A DNA stretch of 64,000 nucleotides from assembly GCF_048593235.1 (NCBI RefSeq), contig NC_133619.1, positions 268,598,454-268,662,453 on the forward strand, written 5' to 3'. This document shows, piece by piece, positions 23,788 through 36,420 of this stretch (the first letter of the stretch is position 1; every line of letters starts with the position of its first letter). A program made the translations under genes and the position numbers. The notes under the pieces are model-generated. The model was not told the DNA's origin. It was given only the letters and a program-made list of their open reading frames with translations, and did no database searches. The stretch is from Sminthopsis crassicaudata. Its lineage: Eukaryota.

Positions 23788-25899
23788 AAAAGTTTACCCT
23801 TTAAAAACATTTTTCACTTCATGTTTACTTTTTATGCCTTATTTACCTCTTGAATTTTCTCTTCTGCTCTGTTCTTTTCATTTGAAATGATTGAAAACCA
23901 CCAATTTCATTAAATATCCATCTTTACCCCCCCCAAAAAAAAAAGTTGTCACTTTTGCTAGGTAGTTGATTTTAGTTGCAATCCAATCTCCTTTGCCCTC
24001 CCTACTCCAGGTTCTCTGATCCTTTAATGTGGAAGCTGCTAGGTCCTGGGTAATCTTGATTGTGGCTCCTCATAATATGAATTGTTTCTTTCTGGCTGTT
24101 TGCAGTATCTTCTCGTTGATTTGATAATTCTGGAATTTAGCTACAATATTCCTAGAAGTTTTCATTTTTAGGGTCTCATTCAGGAGGTGATAAGTAGATT
24201 CTTTTAGTGACTATTTTACCTTCTGGTTCTAGAATGTCAGAAAAGTTTTTCTTGATAATTTTTTGAAAGATGGTGCCCAGGCTCTTTTTGATCATGAATT
24301 TCAGGTGATCCAATAATTCTTAGACTATTTGTTCTGGATCTATGTTCTGGGTCAATTGTTTTCTCCAAGAGTTTATTTTACCTTTCCTTCTATTTTTTTC
24401 ATTTTTGAAAATTTAGTTTGACTTACTTTTCATGTCTCATTGAGTCATTCACTTCCATTTATCCAATACTAGATTTTAATGAATTATTTTCTTCAGTTAG
24501 CTTTTTAAATCTCCTTTTTCACTTAGCCTATTGTACTTTTAAAGGACTTGTTTTGTTCTCTGATTATCCCCCCATTTCTCCAATTCTGTTTTTAAAGGCC
24601 TTGTTTTCTTCAGTATATATATTTCCCCCATTCTGCCAAATCTATTTTTAAGAATTTTTTTTAATCAATTTCTGTAATTCCTTTTCCAAGTTGTAGGCTC
24701 TTCCCCACCCCTGCAAGCTTTCATAATTCCCCCTCATAGCTCTCACTTCTTTTCCCCATTTTTTTTTTCTCTCTCTTTTAAAATTCTTTTTGAGTTTTTC
24801 CAAAAGTACCTTTTGAGCTTGAGAGCTGTTCACATCTCCCTTAGAGGCTTCACATGTAAGCATTTTGCCATTGATGTTCTCTTCTGGGTTTGTGTTCTGA
24901 TCTCCCGTCTCCATAGTAGCTTTCTGTTATAAGGGCTCTTTTTGTTTTTGTTTTTGTTTTTTTTCTTTCTTATTTTAAAAACTTGAGCTCTGCTCTTAGT
25001 GCACAGGGAAGATTTGCCCAAGCTGTTTTTGTTTGTTTGTTTGTTTGTTTTTTGTTTGGCAAAGGAACAGGGCCTCTCTGATATAGATTTTTTCACTGTG
25101 CTGGTTGACCAAGTCTAGTTCTGCCTGTTATGCTGAGTTTTGGAGGCTCATAATGCTTTCTGTGATTGGGTTGGAGATTTCAAGCTGGTCTGCTGAATCA
25201 CTGGTCCTCTGAATTGGGACAGAGTGGCCAATGCTACTATATTTTGGCTAAGAGCCTTCCATTAGATTCTCTACTCCTTGTTTCATGTGTGCTGGGCGGT
25301 GTTGCACCCCTGCCCAAGTAAGACAGATCTTTCCTGAAGTCCTTCTGCAATACTTAATCTGGAAAACTGTTTCATTCTGAATGTTTATGGGTTCTGTCAC
25401 TCTAAAATCTGTTGAGAAGCTTGATCTAGCATTGATTCTGAGAAAAACTGGGGATAGTTTAGTTAATGTCCTTTGCCTATTTTGGCTCTATCACCTACCC
25501 TTTCAAACTATTCTGTGATTTCTCCTTTTCTCTTTCACTGCTAAACATCTAGGAGAAATAATTTCTTTTTACCAATTTTATTTTCTTGATACCCTCTCAT
25601 TCCTTGTAAAAAGTAGCTAAGTAAAAATTATAATCAGTTATACATGTGTAGAGTGAAGGAAATGTTCATACTAAATTGCTGGGGTTGTTTGAATGAATCA
25701 AAGATATTTTATTGTAAACATATTCTTATATTACTCACAATTATAGATGAAAATGTATTTCTTCTTGTTCCCATAACTCTGTTGAAAAAGTTCCTCACAC
25801 ATGTTCTAATAACTTTTTTTATTGCTTAATATAACTGGATTTTTTTTGTCCTTATCCTCCTTTATCTCAGGGGCATTTGCAAGTGTAAATCACCTTTCC

Positions 25900-26590
25900 A
25901 TATTACCCTCCCTTCTTTTCTCTCTCATTATACAATATATTCTCATGTCTCTTCTCTGACCTTTCCAATTACTTTTCTCTCCTTTTTTCTTCCTTATCCT
26001 TTATCCTTTAATGTAGATCTTTCTCAAGGATATCTTTAATTCTTTTAAAAATTTTCTATACTACCCTTTTCTCAGAGATCTTTTCTGCTAACATATCACC
26101 TCTATGAAGAAGGCTTACAAATTGATATCTCCACCCATAAACTTCTCCCCATAGTAGAAGTTTCATATTTCTAGCTGCCCCTAAATACCTTCAGCTATGT
26201 GACATAATCAGCACCACAAATTCAGCACATCCAAAAAAATCCTCAACTTTCCTCCAAAGCCCACATCTAGCCCTTGACTCTTTGACTTTTGTGACTATGA
26301 CCATCATGTTTTCTGTGACCCTGAATATAAACCATAGAGCCAACTTTAATTCTTAGTCTCTCTTGCTCCCTACATCTCACCAGTTGCTAATTCTGATCAA
26401 TTCTACCTTAATATTATTTCTGATAGTATTTTGATATCTTTTTTCTATTCTCACTTCTATCACCTCATTCAGGTTCTCATCTAAGTTATCCCACAATAAT
26501 AATTTCCCAAATGATTTTTATTCCAGCAGTATCTCCTACCCAATTAATCCTTCACTCCACTGCTTTAGAATTTTTTCTAATGTGCTATGC
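25900..26590 (+). mobile_element. L2 3' region relic
   Basis: cacctctatgaagaaggcttacaaattgatatctcc resembles the degenerate L2 LYADDSQIYI region, followed by typical L2 3' sequence. Confidence 0.65.
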
Positions 26591-28118
26591 TCTAATAGCT
26601 AGCCAAGTCATTTGTCTGTCTCAATGAAGATAATATGATCTATATATCTATATAATTATATAATCTAATCTCATATTAATGATTACATATTAACATAATA
26701 TAATTTTATATAAATCTAAATCTTAGTTATGATGATAAAGTGAGATATTTATAAAAGTTTTTGCAAATTTTAAAGTGCCATTAAATTCTAGATATTATTA
26801 GCTATTACTATAATATATATATATATCCTTTCTGTATGTAAACATTTTCAGTGGTTCAGGAATTTAAAACTCCTGATCATAGTATAATGATTAGATTCCC
26901 CCATAATCTGTCTCTAGATTTTGAAGCCTTATTTCATACCACTCTAGATTTCAAATAACCTAGACTATTTTCCAGCCCTATGTTTCCAGATAGGGGATAT
27001 AGGCTATTTCTAGGTCTGCATACAAACCCTTTCTCAGTTGGTTCAAGTGACCTGCCAGAGCTTATACTTTTCTGAAAAACACTTAGGATCATCTCCACAT
27101 CATGCTGATGTATCCAAGAAGGACTCTGATAGAGCATAAGTTCAATTCATATTAATAGATGAGGGAAAAAATATTGTCATGAAATACTCCAAAATATTCA
27201 TGTTTGTGCTGTATAGTCAAATACTCTTTTGTACAGTTGATTATAAAGATAGGAAACATATATGTATCACAAGGCAAACCACATCCTCACTAAAATATAT
27301 TGCATTGGGCACATGACTCACAAAATAGAATATGGGGCATGTGTTTCAGAAAGGATGGCTGAAATGATTCTATGGTGCTCCTTGGAGAAGAGACCAAAGC
27401 AAAGGAGGTCTATTCCTGTTAGACATGTAGATTTGTGAGTTGTATATTTGTCTAGTCCCATGGACCCATGGGAACAGATCCAAACTTATCTTGGCTCCCT
27501 ATCAAATAGCTGGTCATTTCACAATGTTGTCATTTTGTACTCATACAGTACAGGAATGTCAAGAGTCTAACCCAAGCTACATTTTAGGTTGGAAAGAAGC
27601 ATGTATTCCAAGAAAACATAAAGTTGCCTTAAATTGTCTGATTTTTCTATGTTAAATTTTTTAAAAAGCTCTTTCTTAGGAAAAGAAAAAAAAAGTAAAT
27701 ATACAATGAAATAAATGAATAAATACATGAAAAACATTCGTTTAAGTGCTGATTCTGCACTAAAAAGGTGCTAAGTGTTAGGGATATAAAGAAGAGCAAG
27801 GAAGATTTTACCTTCTGATAGGGTAAGACTTTACCTGCATGCTGGCCAGGGATGGCTGTTGGGTAGTGTTGATTTGATTGCTGTCTTCAGAGTCAGAGCT
27901 GGAAATCATGGGGCAGAAGTGGTTCAGATAGGAAGTAAGATAGAATAAGAATACATCTGCAGCAGTATGATGTGAAGACAAGTAGGGAAAAAGCAGGGGG
28001 AGCTCTCCAATAACATTCTCAGCATCTAAGGAATGACAATAGTTTGACATGGAGGTTGAAGTGCAAGAATATGGTCAAGAAGTAGTCTGATAGAGATATC
28101 TCCTAGTTAGATGTGGTA

Positions 28119-28484
28119 ACATTATCCCTTCTATACCATGACTTTTCCCATTGTGGTTTTAATAGATTGCAAGTCAGCATAAGACATTGAATGAGAATTT
28201 TGGGAGGAGTTTTGCAGAAGTCACAGATGACATGTGAAGGCCATTAGATGACACAGAAAAGCTTTAGAAACTCGGAAATGCTCTAAAATATATTAATAGC
28301 ACAGTATAATGTCACACCATAATAATTCCATTCCATTACCAGTTAATACCATGCCATTACTATTAAAACCATAATAATTCAGACTTTTTTTTTGGCATGA
28401 AGGGAAGGTCAAAAATCATATACAAATTTTCCAGATCACAGGGGCTCCACACTCCTAAACCCTGTAATATGGGAGGGATAACTG
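28119..28484. mobile_element. Tc1/mariner (Tigger-like) non-autonomous DNA transposon
   Basis: Terminal inverted repeats ca(g)ttatccct and agggataactg, flanked by TA at 28117-28118 and 28485-28486. A second copy lies at 43023-43326. Confidence 0.7.
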
Positions 28485-28569
28485 TACTAGGTTAGATATG
28501 GAGAAAAGATCATAGAAGAAGGTCAGGGAGTAGCAAGGTAGATCTGAGTCCAGTCTAAAATGATAGTTC

Positions 28570-29200
28570 TGTGTTTTAAACTAAACCAATTGGGGGGAAA
28601 AAGAAAAAAACCTCTTATAAAGATATGCATAGTCAGACAAGACAAATTCCCACATTGGCCATGTCCAAAAATATATGTCTAATTCTGAATCTTGAGTCTA
28701 CCACTTCTCTCAGGAGGTGCTAGGATGCATCATTGTTAGTTATTTAGAGATATAATTAGTCATTGCATTGATCAGAGCTCTTAACTCTTTCAAAGTCTTA
28801 AAAATGTTGTTAATATATAAATCTTTTCCAGGTTATGGTACTTCACATCAGTTCATACAATTCTTCCCAAGTTTCTCCAAAATTTTCTCCTTCATCATTT
28901 GTTACAGCACAATGATATTCTATTACATCTATATTCCATCATTTGTTCATTCATTTTCCAAATGATGGATCCTTCCAGTTAGTTTCCAGTTTCTTGCCAC
29001 CACAAAACTGCTGTAAATATATTTATTTGTACATATGAAATTTTTTCCTCTTTTTTTTATCTCTTTGGAGTTATAGCACTAGAAGGGATATAGCTGAGTC
29101 AAAGATATGCAGCTTTTTTTTTAAAATAACTCTATGTTCACAGTTCTAAATTACCTTTCATAACAGATGGACCAGTTTATAGCTTCATCAACAATGCGTC
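28570..29200 (-). mobile_element. Older L1 3' end
   Basis: tcatttgttacagcacaatgatattc...agtttcttgccaccacaaaactgctg matches the reverse ORF2 tail, with a divergent 3'UTR. Confidence 0.7.
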
Positions 29201-29723
29201 AATATGTCTTGGGACTAAATATAGTGACTATTTACCAATCAGAACACCAGAGTCCCAAGGTAGGATCTTGTAATATCGGGTCTGAGGTAAGCAATTATAG
29301 CCCAGGAACAAAAGCCAGGAAGTTACCTGGATAATTTGGGTACTGATAAATTAATTAATACATTGTTATTGGATGTGTAAATAGGTTTAACCACAATGGA
29401 AAGTGACCTGGAATTGAGCTAGGAGAGTGATTAAGTGTCAATATCCTTTGACTCAGAAATACACTAGACATATCCTACAATGATTCCAATGATGGAAAGG
29501 TCTCCCATGCATACCAATATTGTACAAGAAGAAATAGGAATATACAGAGAAGTATGAGGAGACACAAAAAGTGAAATAAATAGAATTAGGAAAACGAAAG
29601 AAAAATTATCTATGGCCCATAGTCATCTGTTTCCAAAGAGGAACTTCTGAACTTAGACCTTGATCATGGAAAATAGAAGGGGTACTACAAGATTAAAGAA
29701 GGATAAATGTTGTTCTTATTGTT

Positions 29724-29730
29724 TGTGTGT

Positions 29731-29778
<48 letters not shown>
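29724..29778. repeat. (TG)n microsatellite
   Basis: Directly visible. Confidence 0.95.
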
Positions 29779-29782
<4 letters not shown>

Positions 29783-30093
29783 AAGAGACAGAGACACACA
29801 GAGAGAAACAAAAACACACACACAGAGACACAGAAATTGAGAAATAAAGACAGAGAAACAGTTATGTTAGTTATGTTATAGACCAGTAAGATTGACTTCA
29901 GTTCTTGGGAAAATAATTGTATAGATCACTAAAGAGATGCTTGGTGAATATCAAGCAAAGGCAAAAGAGGCAGCATGGCTTTGTAAATACAGGTCATGTT
30001 AGATTCACTGTATTTTTATATTTTTTCCCTTTGAGTACTAAGATGAGGAAGATGCTAAGGATAATAGCTTACCTGCCTTTTAGCAAAGCTTTT

Positions 30094-30736
30094 TTTTTTT
30101 AAACTAATAGGTTTTCCTTTTTCAAAATACATGCAAAAATAATTTTCAACATTCATCCTTGCAAAACCTTGTGTTCCAAATTTTTCTCCCTTTCCCTTCT
30201 CCTCCTCCTCCCTTCTCCCTCCCCTCTAGACAGAAAGCAATCCAATATAGATTAAACATGTGCTATTCTTCCAAGGATATTTCCACATTTATCATGCTGC
30301 ACAAGAAAAATCAGATCAAAAAGGAAACAAAATGAGAAAGAAAAAAATAGCAAGCAAACAACAACAAAAAGGTGAAAATACTATGTTGTGATCTACATTC
30401 AGTCCCCATAGTTCTCTCTCTGGATGCAGATGACTCTCTCCATCACAAGTCTATTGAAATTGCCCTGAATCACCTCATTGTTGAAAAGTCACATCCATCA
30501 CAGCTGATCATCACATAATCTTGTTGCTGTGTATAATGTTCTTTTGGTTTTACTCACTTCACTTAGCATTAGTTCATGAAAATCTCTCTAGGCCTTTCAG
30601 AAATCATTCTTCTGATGGTTTCTTATAGAACAATAATATTCCATTATATTCATATTCCATAACTTATTCATCCATTCCCCAACTGATGAGCATCCATTCA
30701 GATTCTAGTTTCTTGCCATTACAAAAAAGGCTGTTC
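30094..30736 (-). mobile_element. 5'-truncated L1 (643 bp) with 12-bp TSD
   Basis: TSD AGCAAAGCTTTT at 30082-30093 and 30737-30748, followed by AA (TTTT/AA site). Confidence 0.9.
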
Positions 30737-31469
30737 AGCAAAGCTTTTAATGAAGTTTTATATTATTATTGTGGAGAAGGTAGAGAGATGTGCATAAGAT
30801 AATCATGCAATCATGTAGAGATTTAGAATTGGTTGGAAGGTCAGACTCTAAAAATTATTAATTTTCCTGAGTCATGTGTCAAAAGATCATCACCAATGTG
30901 CCTCTAAAGATCTACACTTGATCTTGTATTAATTTAATATTTTTATCAATACATTTTAGATGGTATCCTCATCAAATTTGCTGATGACATAAAGCTAGGA
31001 GGGGTTAATTAACACTGCATTACAATCAGAGTTCAAAAGAATCTTGACATACTAGAATGTTGAACTCAATCTAATAAGATTATATTTATTAGAAATAAAT
31101 AAAATGTCTTGTGGCTTGGATTAAAAAACCCCAAACACTTCCAGATATAGGTAAACCTGGTTAGATGGCAATTATTCTGAAATAATTGTGGCTGTTTTAG
31201 GGAATGTAAATCAATATGAGTCAGCAGTGTGAAAACTGCAGTCAAAATAACAAATATGATTTTGTGCTATATTAAGAAGGGCATAACTTTTAGGAGTAAA
31301 GGAGGCAATGATTTCATTCTATTCTTCTCTCATTATACTTCCTCTGTTATTTGTGTCTAATTCTGGATGCTACAGTTTAAGAAAGACATTAATCAGGTGG
31401 AGAGTTTCTAGGAAGACAACTAGGAAGTTTATATCATTAGAAAATTGTTTGAAAGAACTGAGCATTCCA

Positions 31470-31896
31470 AAAAACTATAAAACTTTAAATACCCATCTAC
31501 CTAGTCTATTATTATTAGATCTATGCCTCCAAGAAATCAAAGAAAGAGGGAATTTATATAAAAATATCTATATCAGATTTCTTTTTGTTGGCAAAGAATT
31601 AGAAACTGAAGGAATGGCTGAACAAGTTATGATATATGGTTGTGATTGAATACTATTGTGCTAAAAGAAATGATGTAGGTAATGGTTTCAAAAAAACCTG
31701 GTAAGACTTGTATGAACTGAGGAAAAGTGGAGTGAGCAGAACCAGGAGAACAATTTACACAATAACAATATATAAAGATAATTAGTTTTAGAAGACATAA
31801 AAACTCTGATCAATACAATGACCAACCACAGATGAAAATAACTCATGATGAAATATGTTATCCTCTTTTAGAAAGAGAAGTAATGGACTCAGAGTG
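31470..31896 (+). mobile_element. L1 ORF2 tail and 3'UTR inserted in the CR1
   Basis: ctttttgttggcaaagaattagaaac...tactattgtgctaaaagaaatgatg...gtgagcagaaccaggagaac. Confidence 0.75.
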
Positions 31897-32162
31897 NNNN
31901 NNNNNNNNNNNNNNNNNNNNNNNNNNNNNNNNNNNNNNNNNNNNNNNNNNNNNNNNNNNNNNNNNNNNNNNNNNNNNNNNNNNNNNNNNNNNNNNNNNNN
32001 NNNNNNNNNNNNNNNNNNNNNNNNNNNNNNNNNNNNNNNNNNNNNNNNNNNNNNNNNNNNNNNNNNNNNNNNNNNNNNNNNNNNNNNNNNNNNNNNNNNN
32101 NNNNNNNNNNNNNNNNNNNNNNNNNNNNNNNNNNNNNNNNNNNNNNNNNNNNNNNNNNNNNN
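31897..32162. other. Assembly gap (266 N)
   Basis: N run. Confidence 1.
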
Positions 32163-33699
32163 AAAAGAGGAGAAAGGGAGAGAATTTAAAACTGAAAAGA
32201 AAAGAAAATTATTTTTTTAAAGAAAAAATCTGGACATGTTTAGTCTGGAAAAAAGAAGACTCATGTTGACCATGATACCTATCCTCAAGTATTTGTAGAG
32301 CTGTCATGTGGTGAAGACTGGTCCCACAAAAGAGAACAAGTTTCAATGGGCTGAAGTTGCAAAGATGCTAATTGGAAGTCTGAATGTCCATTTGTTAGGC
32401 ATATTAAAGTAGGTATTGTTTCATGTATGGATTGAGTCAGATTGTTGCTGAGCATCCTTAGAATTCAAATTCTAAACTCTGTGATTGAAGCAGAACCTAA
32501 ATTCACTCCTAGGGAGTCTATTCCATTAAGCAACAGGATCAAGTTCTTATCACAATCTTTGGCTCATTATTCTACTACCTGGAGTGATTCCAGGCAAATA
32601 TTCTTAATGCTAAAATCTGATTGACATTTAGGAGCTCTACAAAATGGATTAAGAAGTTTCTTTTAGAAAATTACTCAATGTGTCCAATAATAGTAAGTGT
32701 AGAACATCTATTTATTTCTTCCATCACAAAAGACTCGTAAACAGACATTGACAAATACTTAAAATATGAAATAATAACTCAACTCTCCCATTATTCTCTC
32801 CTGGAAGGTAGGAAAGAGTCCGGAAGACTTGTGGGACTATAGAAGACATTTTATTTTATTTTAATCTATTTAATGCAAGTAGAAGTTCTGGACATGCAGG
32901 CATGTGTGGCTCATCCTCTGGGCAGTGTCAATTTTCTCTTTGAGAAGGAACAGAATTTCAAGAAGTACCTTCTGTTGCCTGCTCTTAATGACTACAGACC
33001 TCTAGCTCTTATGAAGTAACTATTTGTACCCAAAAGCAAAACTAAGAGCATCTACCTCAGGATCACTATTTGGTCATTTGAACTCAGGGAGAAAAAACCC
33101 AAAGATACAGGTAGATATTCAAGATGCACTTTTAAGCAAGCAGTCCCAAATTATGCTGGAGAAAAGGGAAAGGAAAAAAAGATTCCTCTTTCTACACCCT
33201 TGTTGGAAATTCCAGTGGAGATCTGTCAGAGTTCCAAGCCACAAGAGAAAGGAAGAGAAGGGCAGAAACTTTGGCTTCTCCATTTAATCAATCATTGAAT
33301 GACTAAAACAGGGAGCTAATGAATAGGCATCAGACTTGTTAGCTGATGCAACCTCTCTTGGGGAAGAAACAGGGAAGCCTGCTTCTAAACAGGAATAATG
33401 ATGTATAATGGAAATACCATGGAGAGACTGGGAGCATATGCAGACAGACATTCTGTAACTGGTTTTAGTCTACTAGCTATACATTGAAGAAAAGCCTTTT
33501 TATTTCCTAGACATTTGGAATTGAGACTAGTCAGCCTAATTTCTTCTGATTAAATTTTGGTAAAAATAGAGCAAAATTCCTTAAGGGGAAGAGGCTTTAG
33601 GCCACCCTGTTCTAGGCTAACATATGTCCTGTGAACGCAGGCTTCATTTCTTTGTCTTGATGTTTGTTTTCTCTTGCTTCCTTTTTTTGTGTGTGTGTG

Positions 33700-33820
33700 T
33701 CATAGAACTCTTTGGCAATCTGGTGAAGCCTTTGGATCCCTTCTAAGATTAATGTTTTTAAATAAATAAAATAAATAGGATTGCAAAGAGAATTAATTAT
33801 ATTGAAGTAGTTAGCAAAAT
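33700..33820. mobile_element. Possible hAT/Charlie-type MER fragment
   Basis: ggcaatctggtgaagcctttggatcccttctaagattaatgtttttaaat resembles a MER-type phrase from memory; no TIR pair seen. Confidence 0.4.
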
Positions 33821-33824
33821 ATAT

Positions 33825-34050
33825 TGTTGTTTGTCCTTTGTTCTTGAACAAGACCAGTGATATTACAAGTGTGATGTCTTGACTTGCAAGTGAATTTGAT
33901 CTAAGTGAGGTAGTGCTGTGCAAAGTAATTAGCCTCACTCTCTCCTCCAGAATTATTGGAGTCCAGTGGTAAGACAGAATGTCAAGATGATGGCCCAGAA
34001 TGCAGTGGGGAAATTTGGCTTTTTAAGCTAAGGTCTTTCTCAACTCTCAG
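33825..34050 (-). mobile_element. RTE-associated repeat (same family as 8700-10050)
   Basis: Reverse complement matches 9955-10030 (ccactgga...gagagagtgaggct...actttg). Confidence 0.7.
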
Positions 34051-34744
34051 TTTGTACGAAGCAATGTCTATTCACACTGCTTCTAGAAAGGAGGAGAGAA
34101 AAAATTTCTCCATATTCAGTAGAAATTGAAGAAAAAGCTGTCAGAATAAGAGAATGAATGGAAATCATTTTTCCTCTTAAGCTTACTTAGTGGGTGATTC
34201 TTTCTTCTTGAGTTACCAAGCATTTTCAATATGGCTTCTAGTAACTGGGAGCAGAGGTACTCAACCAGGAACCTCTGGATGAAGAGGTAGTTGCTTTAGC
34301 AAAGGGCCCATTGACAAAGGGCAAGCACATTCCCACACATGCTCAATGAGGTTGCCATTATAGGTTCCACACTTGCCTAAAAGAATTCCCTTGATTATCC
34401 TTAGTATATACACAATGACTATAGCAATGTGAATGGAATGAACAACAAAACTATTGAAAATAAATATGGCCAAATTATAAGGATTGAATGTGATATGAAA
34501 AAAGAGATATGACAACTAAACTTTTTTCCTTTCTTCTTTTTTTCCTTCCTTCCTTTTTTCCTTTTCTCTCTTTTTCTTTTTTCCTATCTTTCTTCTCATT
34601 AGTAGAAGTTGAGAATTATGAATAGGAGGTCATGCAGTGGCATATAATGTTATATTTGATTAATTTTTTCCCTTTTTTTTTTTTTTACAAACAAGGGATA
34701 GCTTCCTGGGAGGAAAAAGCTGTCAGGATAAGTTAAGAAATGCA

Positions 34745-35815
34745 GATAATACCTTTCAACAAAAACTACTGGGAAAACTGCAAACCAGTATGATAGAATC
34801 TAGGTATAGAGCAGAGGAATATCTTATACCACTTACCAAAAAAATAAATAAATAAAGGTTAAATTGGGTACATGATTTACACAAAAAGGGTGGTGTCATA
34901 TACAACTTAAAAGAGCAAGGGATAATTTATCTGTTCCATTTATGGAAAAAAGGGAAGAATTTATGACCTTAGAGGAGAAAGAGAGCATTATGAGATGTAA
35001 AAATGAATAATTCTGATTATATTAAATTTTTACATGAACAAAACCAATGCAACCAAGATTAGAAAGAAAGCAGAAAACTAGGAAACAATCTTTTTAAAGC
35101 AAGTGTCTCTGATAAAGGCCTCATTTTTTAAATATATGGAGAATAGACTCAAACTGATAAGAATGTAATTGTTTCCAATTAAAACATAGTCAAAGGATAT
35201 GAAAAGGAAATTTTTAGTTGAAGAAATCAAATCTATCTATAGCCATATGAAAAAAAATGTTCACAATCAAAATTATAGAAAGACAAATTAAAACAACTCT
35301 TGAGTTACAATCTCACATCTATCAGACTGTTTAATATGAAAGAAAAAGGAAAATGATAAATATTAGCTAGTGGATGTGGGAAAATTGGAACACTGATGCA
35401 CTGTTGGTGGAATTGTGAATGGATCCAACCATTCTGGAGAGCAATTTGGAATTATACCCAAAGAATCATAAATCTGTGCATACTTTTTGATCCAGTAATA
35501 CCACTATTAGGTTAGTGTTCCAAAGAGATCATAAAGAAATTAATACAATCAGAAGAATATTGTATACAGTAACAGCAACATTGTATAATATGATAGACTG
35601 TTTTCCTTTTTTTTTTTTTTGTAGTTTTTTTAATGGAAATATGTTTTGCATGATTACACACACACAACCTATATCAAATGGCTTACTGTCTTACGGAACA
35701 GGGTGCAGAGGAAGGAAAGAAGGGAGAAAATTTGGAATTCAAAATTTTATTAAAAAGTGAACATTAAAATTGTATTTGTGCATAATTGGAAAAATAAAAT
35801 ACTATTTAAAAGAAA
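34745..35815 (+). mobile_element. L1 ORF2 C-terminal half with deletions, plus 3'UTR
   Basis: tactgggaaaactg; tctgataaaggcctcatt; ggatgtgggaaaattggaacactgatgcactgttggtgg. Confidence 0.8.
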
Positions 35816-35984
35816 AAACATAATTGATCTAAAAAGAAAAGTTGTTACATAAAAATTTTAAAAATAGATCCAAAGCATAATTGACTACTATGAACAGCAG
35901 TATGCCCCTGGAAGTTGCAAGCTCACAGCTGCTTCCTTTTTGCCTGCACACTCATATTTGTCTTCTAATATAAAAAGCTAGGCT

Positions 35985-36420
35985 GGAGTTATAAAGTAGA
36001 ACTTGAAGACTGGAGCAGGTGTCAAGTTTAGGGGCCGGTGACAAGAGATTCATCATAAACTCAAACAGATAACACTAGGGAAGAAATAACATAAGGAACT
36101 GGTGACTAGGAGGCTATTATAAAAGACAACATGAGGTCTTATCCTAAGATGGTTGTAATGGGAACAAAGGAGGAAGAGAATGTGATGGGGACAGAGGAAT
36201 AGAATTTTGCTCTGACTGTGGATATAGATATAAGTGAAGATTCTCAATATCTGGTCAGTATTTTGATTATTTGATATTTGATTATGACTCCAATCAGTCT
36301 TTTCTCTAGTGGGATACTTAGAGGGAGAGAGGATAATGCAGAGTGTGGTGTGATATCAGTCAGCCTACTATGTGCCAGACTAAGTGCTGCTAAGTATTAG
36401 TTGAAGAATTGTGCAAGGAA
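35985..36420 (-). mobile_element. L2 fragments
   Basis: ggtgactaggaggctatt...aagatggttgtaatggg and cctactatgtgccagactaagtgct. Confidence 0.5.

Larger units (their letters stand above)
21630..25490 (-). mobile_element. Older L1: 3'UTR plus ORF2 tail (21630-22497) joined to ORF1 end (22498-22624), with ORF1 and 5'UTR at 23788-25490
   Basis: ORF1 motifs on minus: GATIKITQDLAASTLKDQR (~24010-24068) and YYGDR-like (~24905-24935); start-like gagccaaaatagg at ~25488. The 3' piece is homologous to the young L1 3' end. Confidence 0.75.
30870..32480 (+). mobile_element. CR1/L3 RT and 3' region, split into 30870-31470 and 32225-32480
   Basis: aaatttgctgatgacataaagct encodes KFADDIKL, the CR1 RT motif. 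The 3' part resumes after the gap (atgtttagtctggaaaaaagaagact). Confidence 0.8.

Noticed and set aside
27350-27434. AG...GTGAGT 85-nt exon candidate
   Set aside because: Good donor but weak acceptor, with no recognisable peptide or partner exons.
31832-32269. ORFs of 121 and 145 aa
   Set aside because: They span the second N gap.
34261-34515. Hydrophobic, Cys-containing 84-aa minus ORF
   Set aside because: No GPCR or other family motif in any frame; the N-terminal half reflects AT-rich composition.
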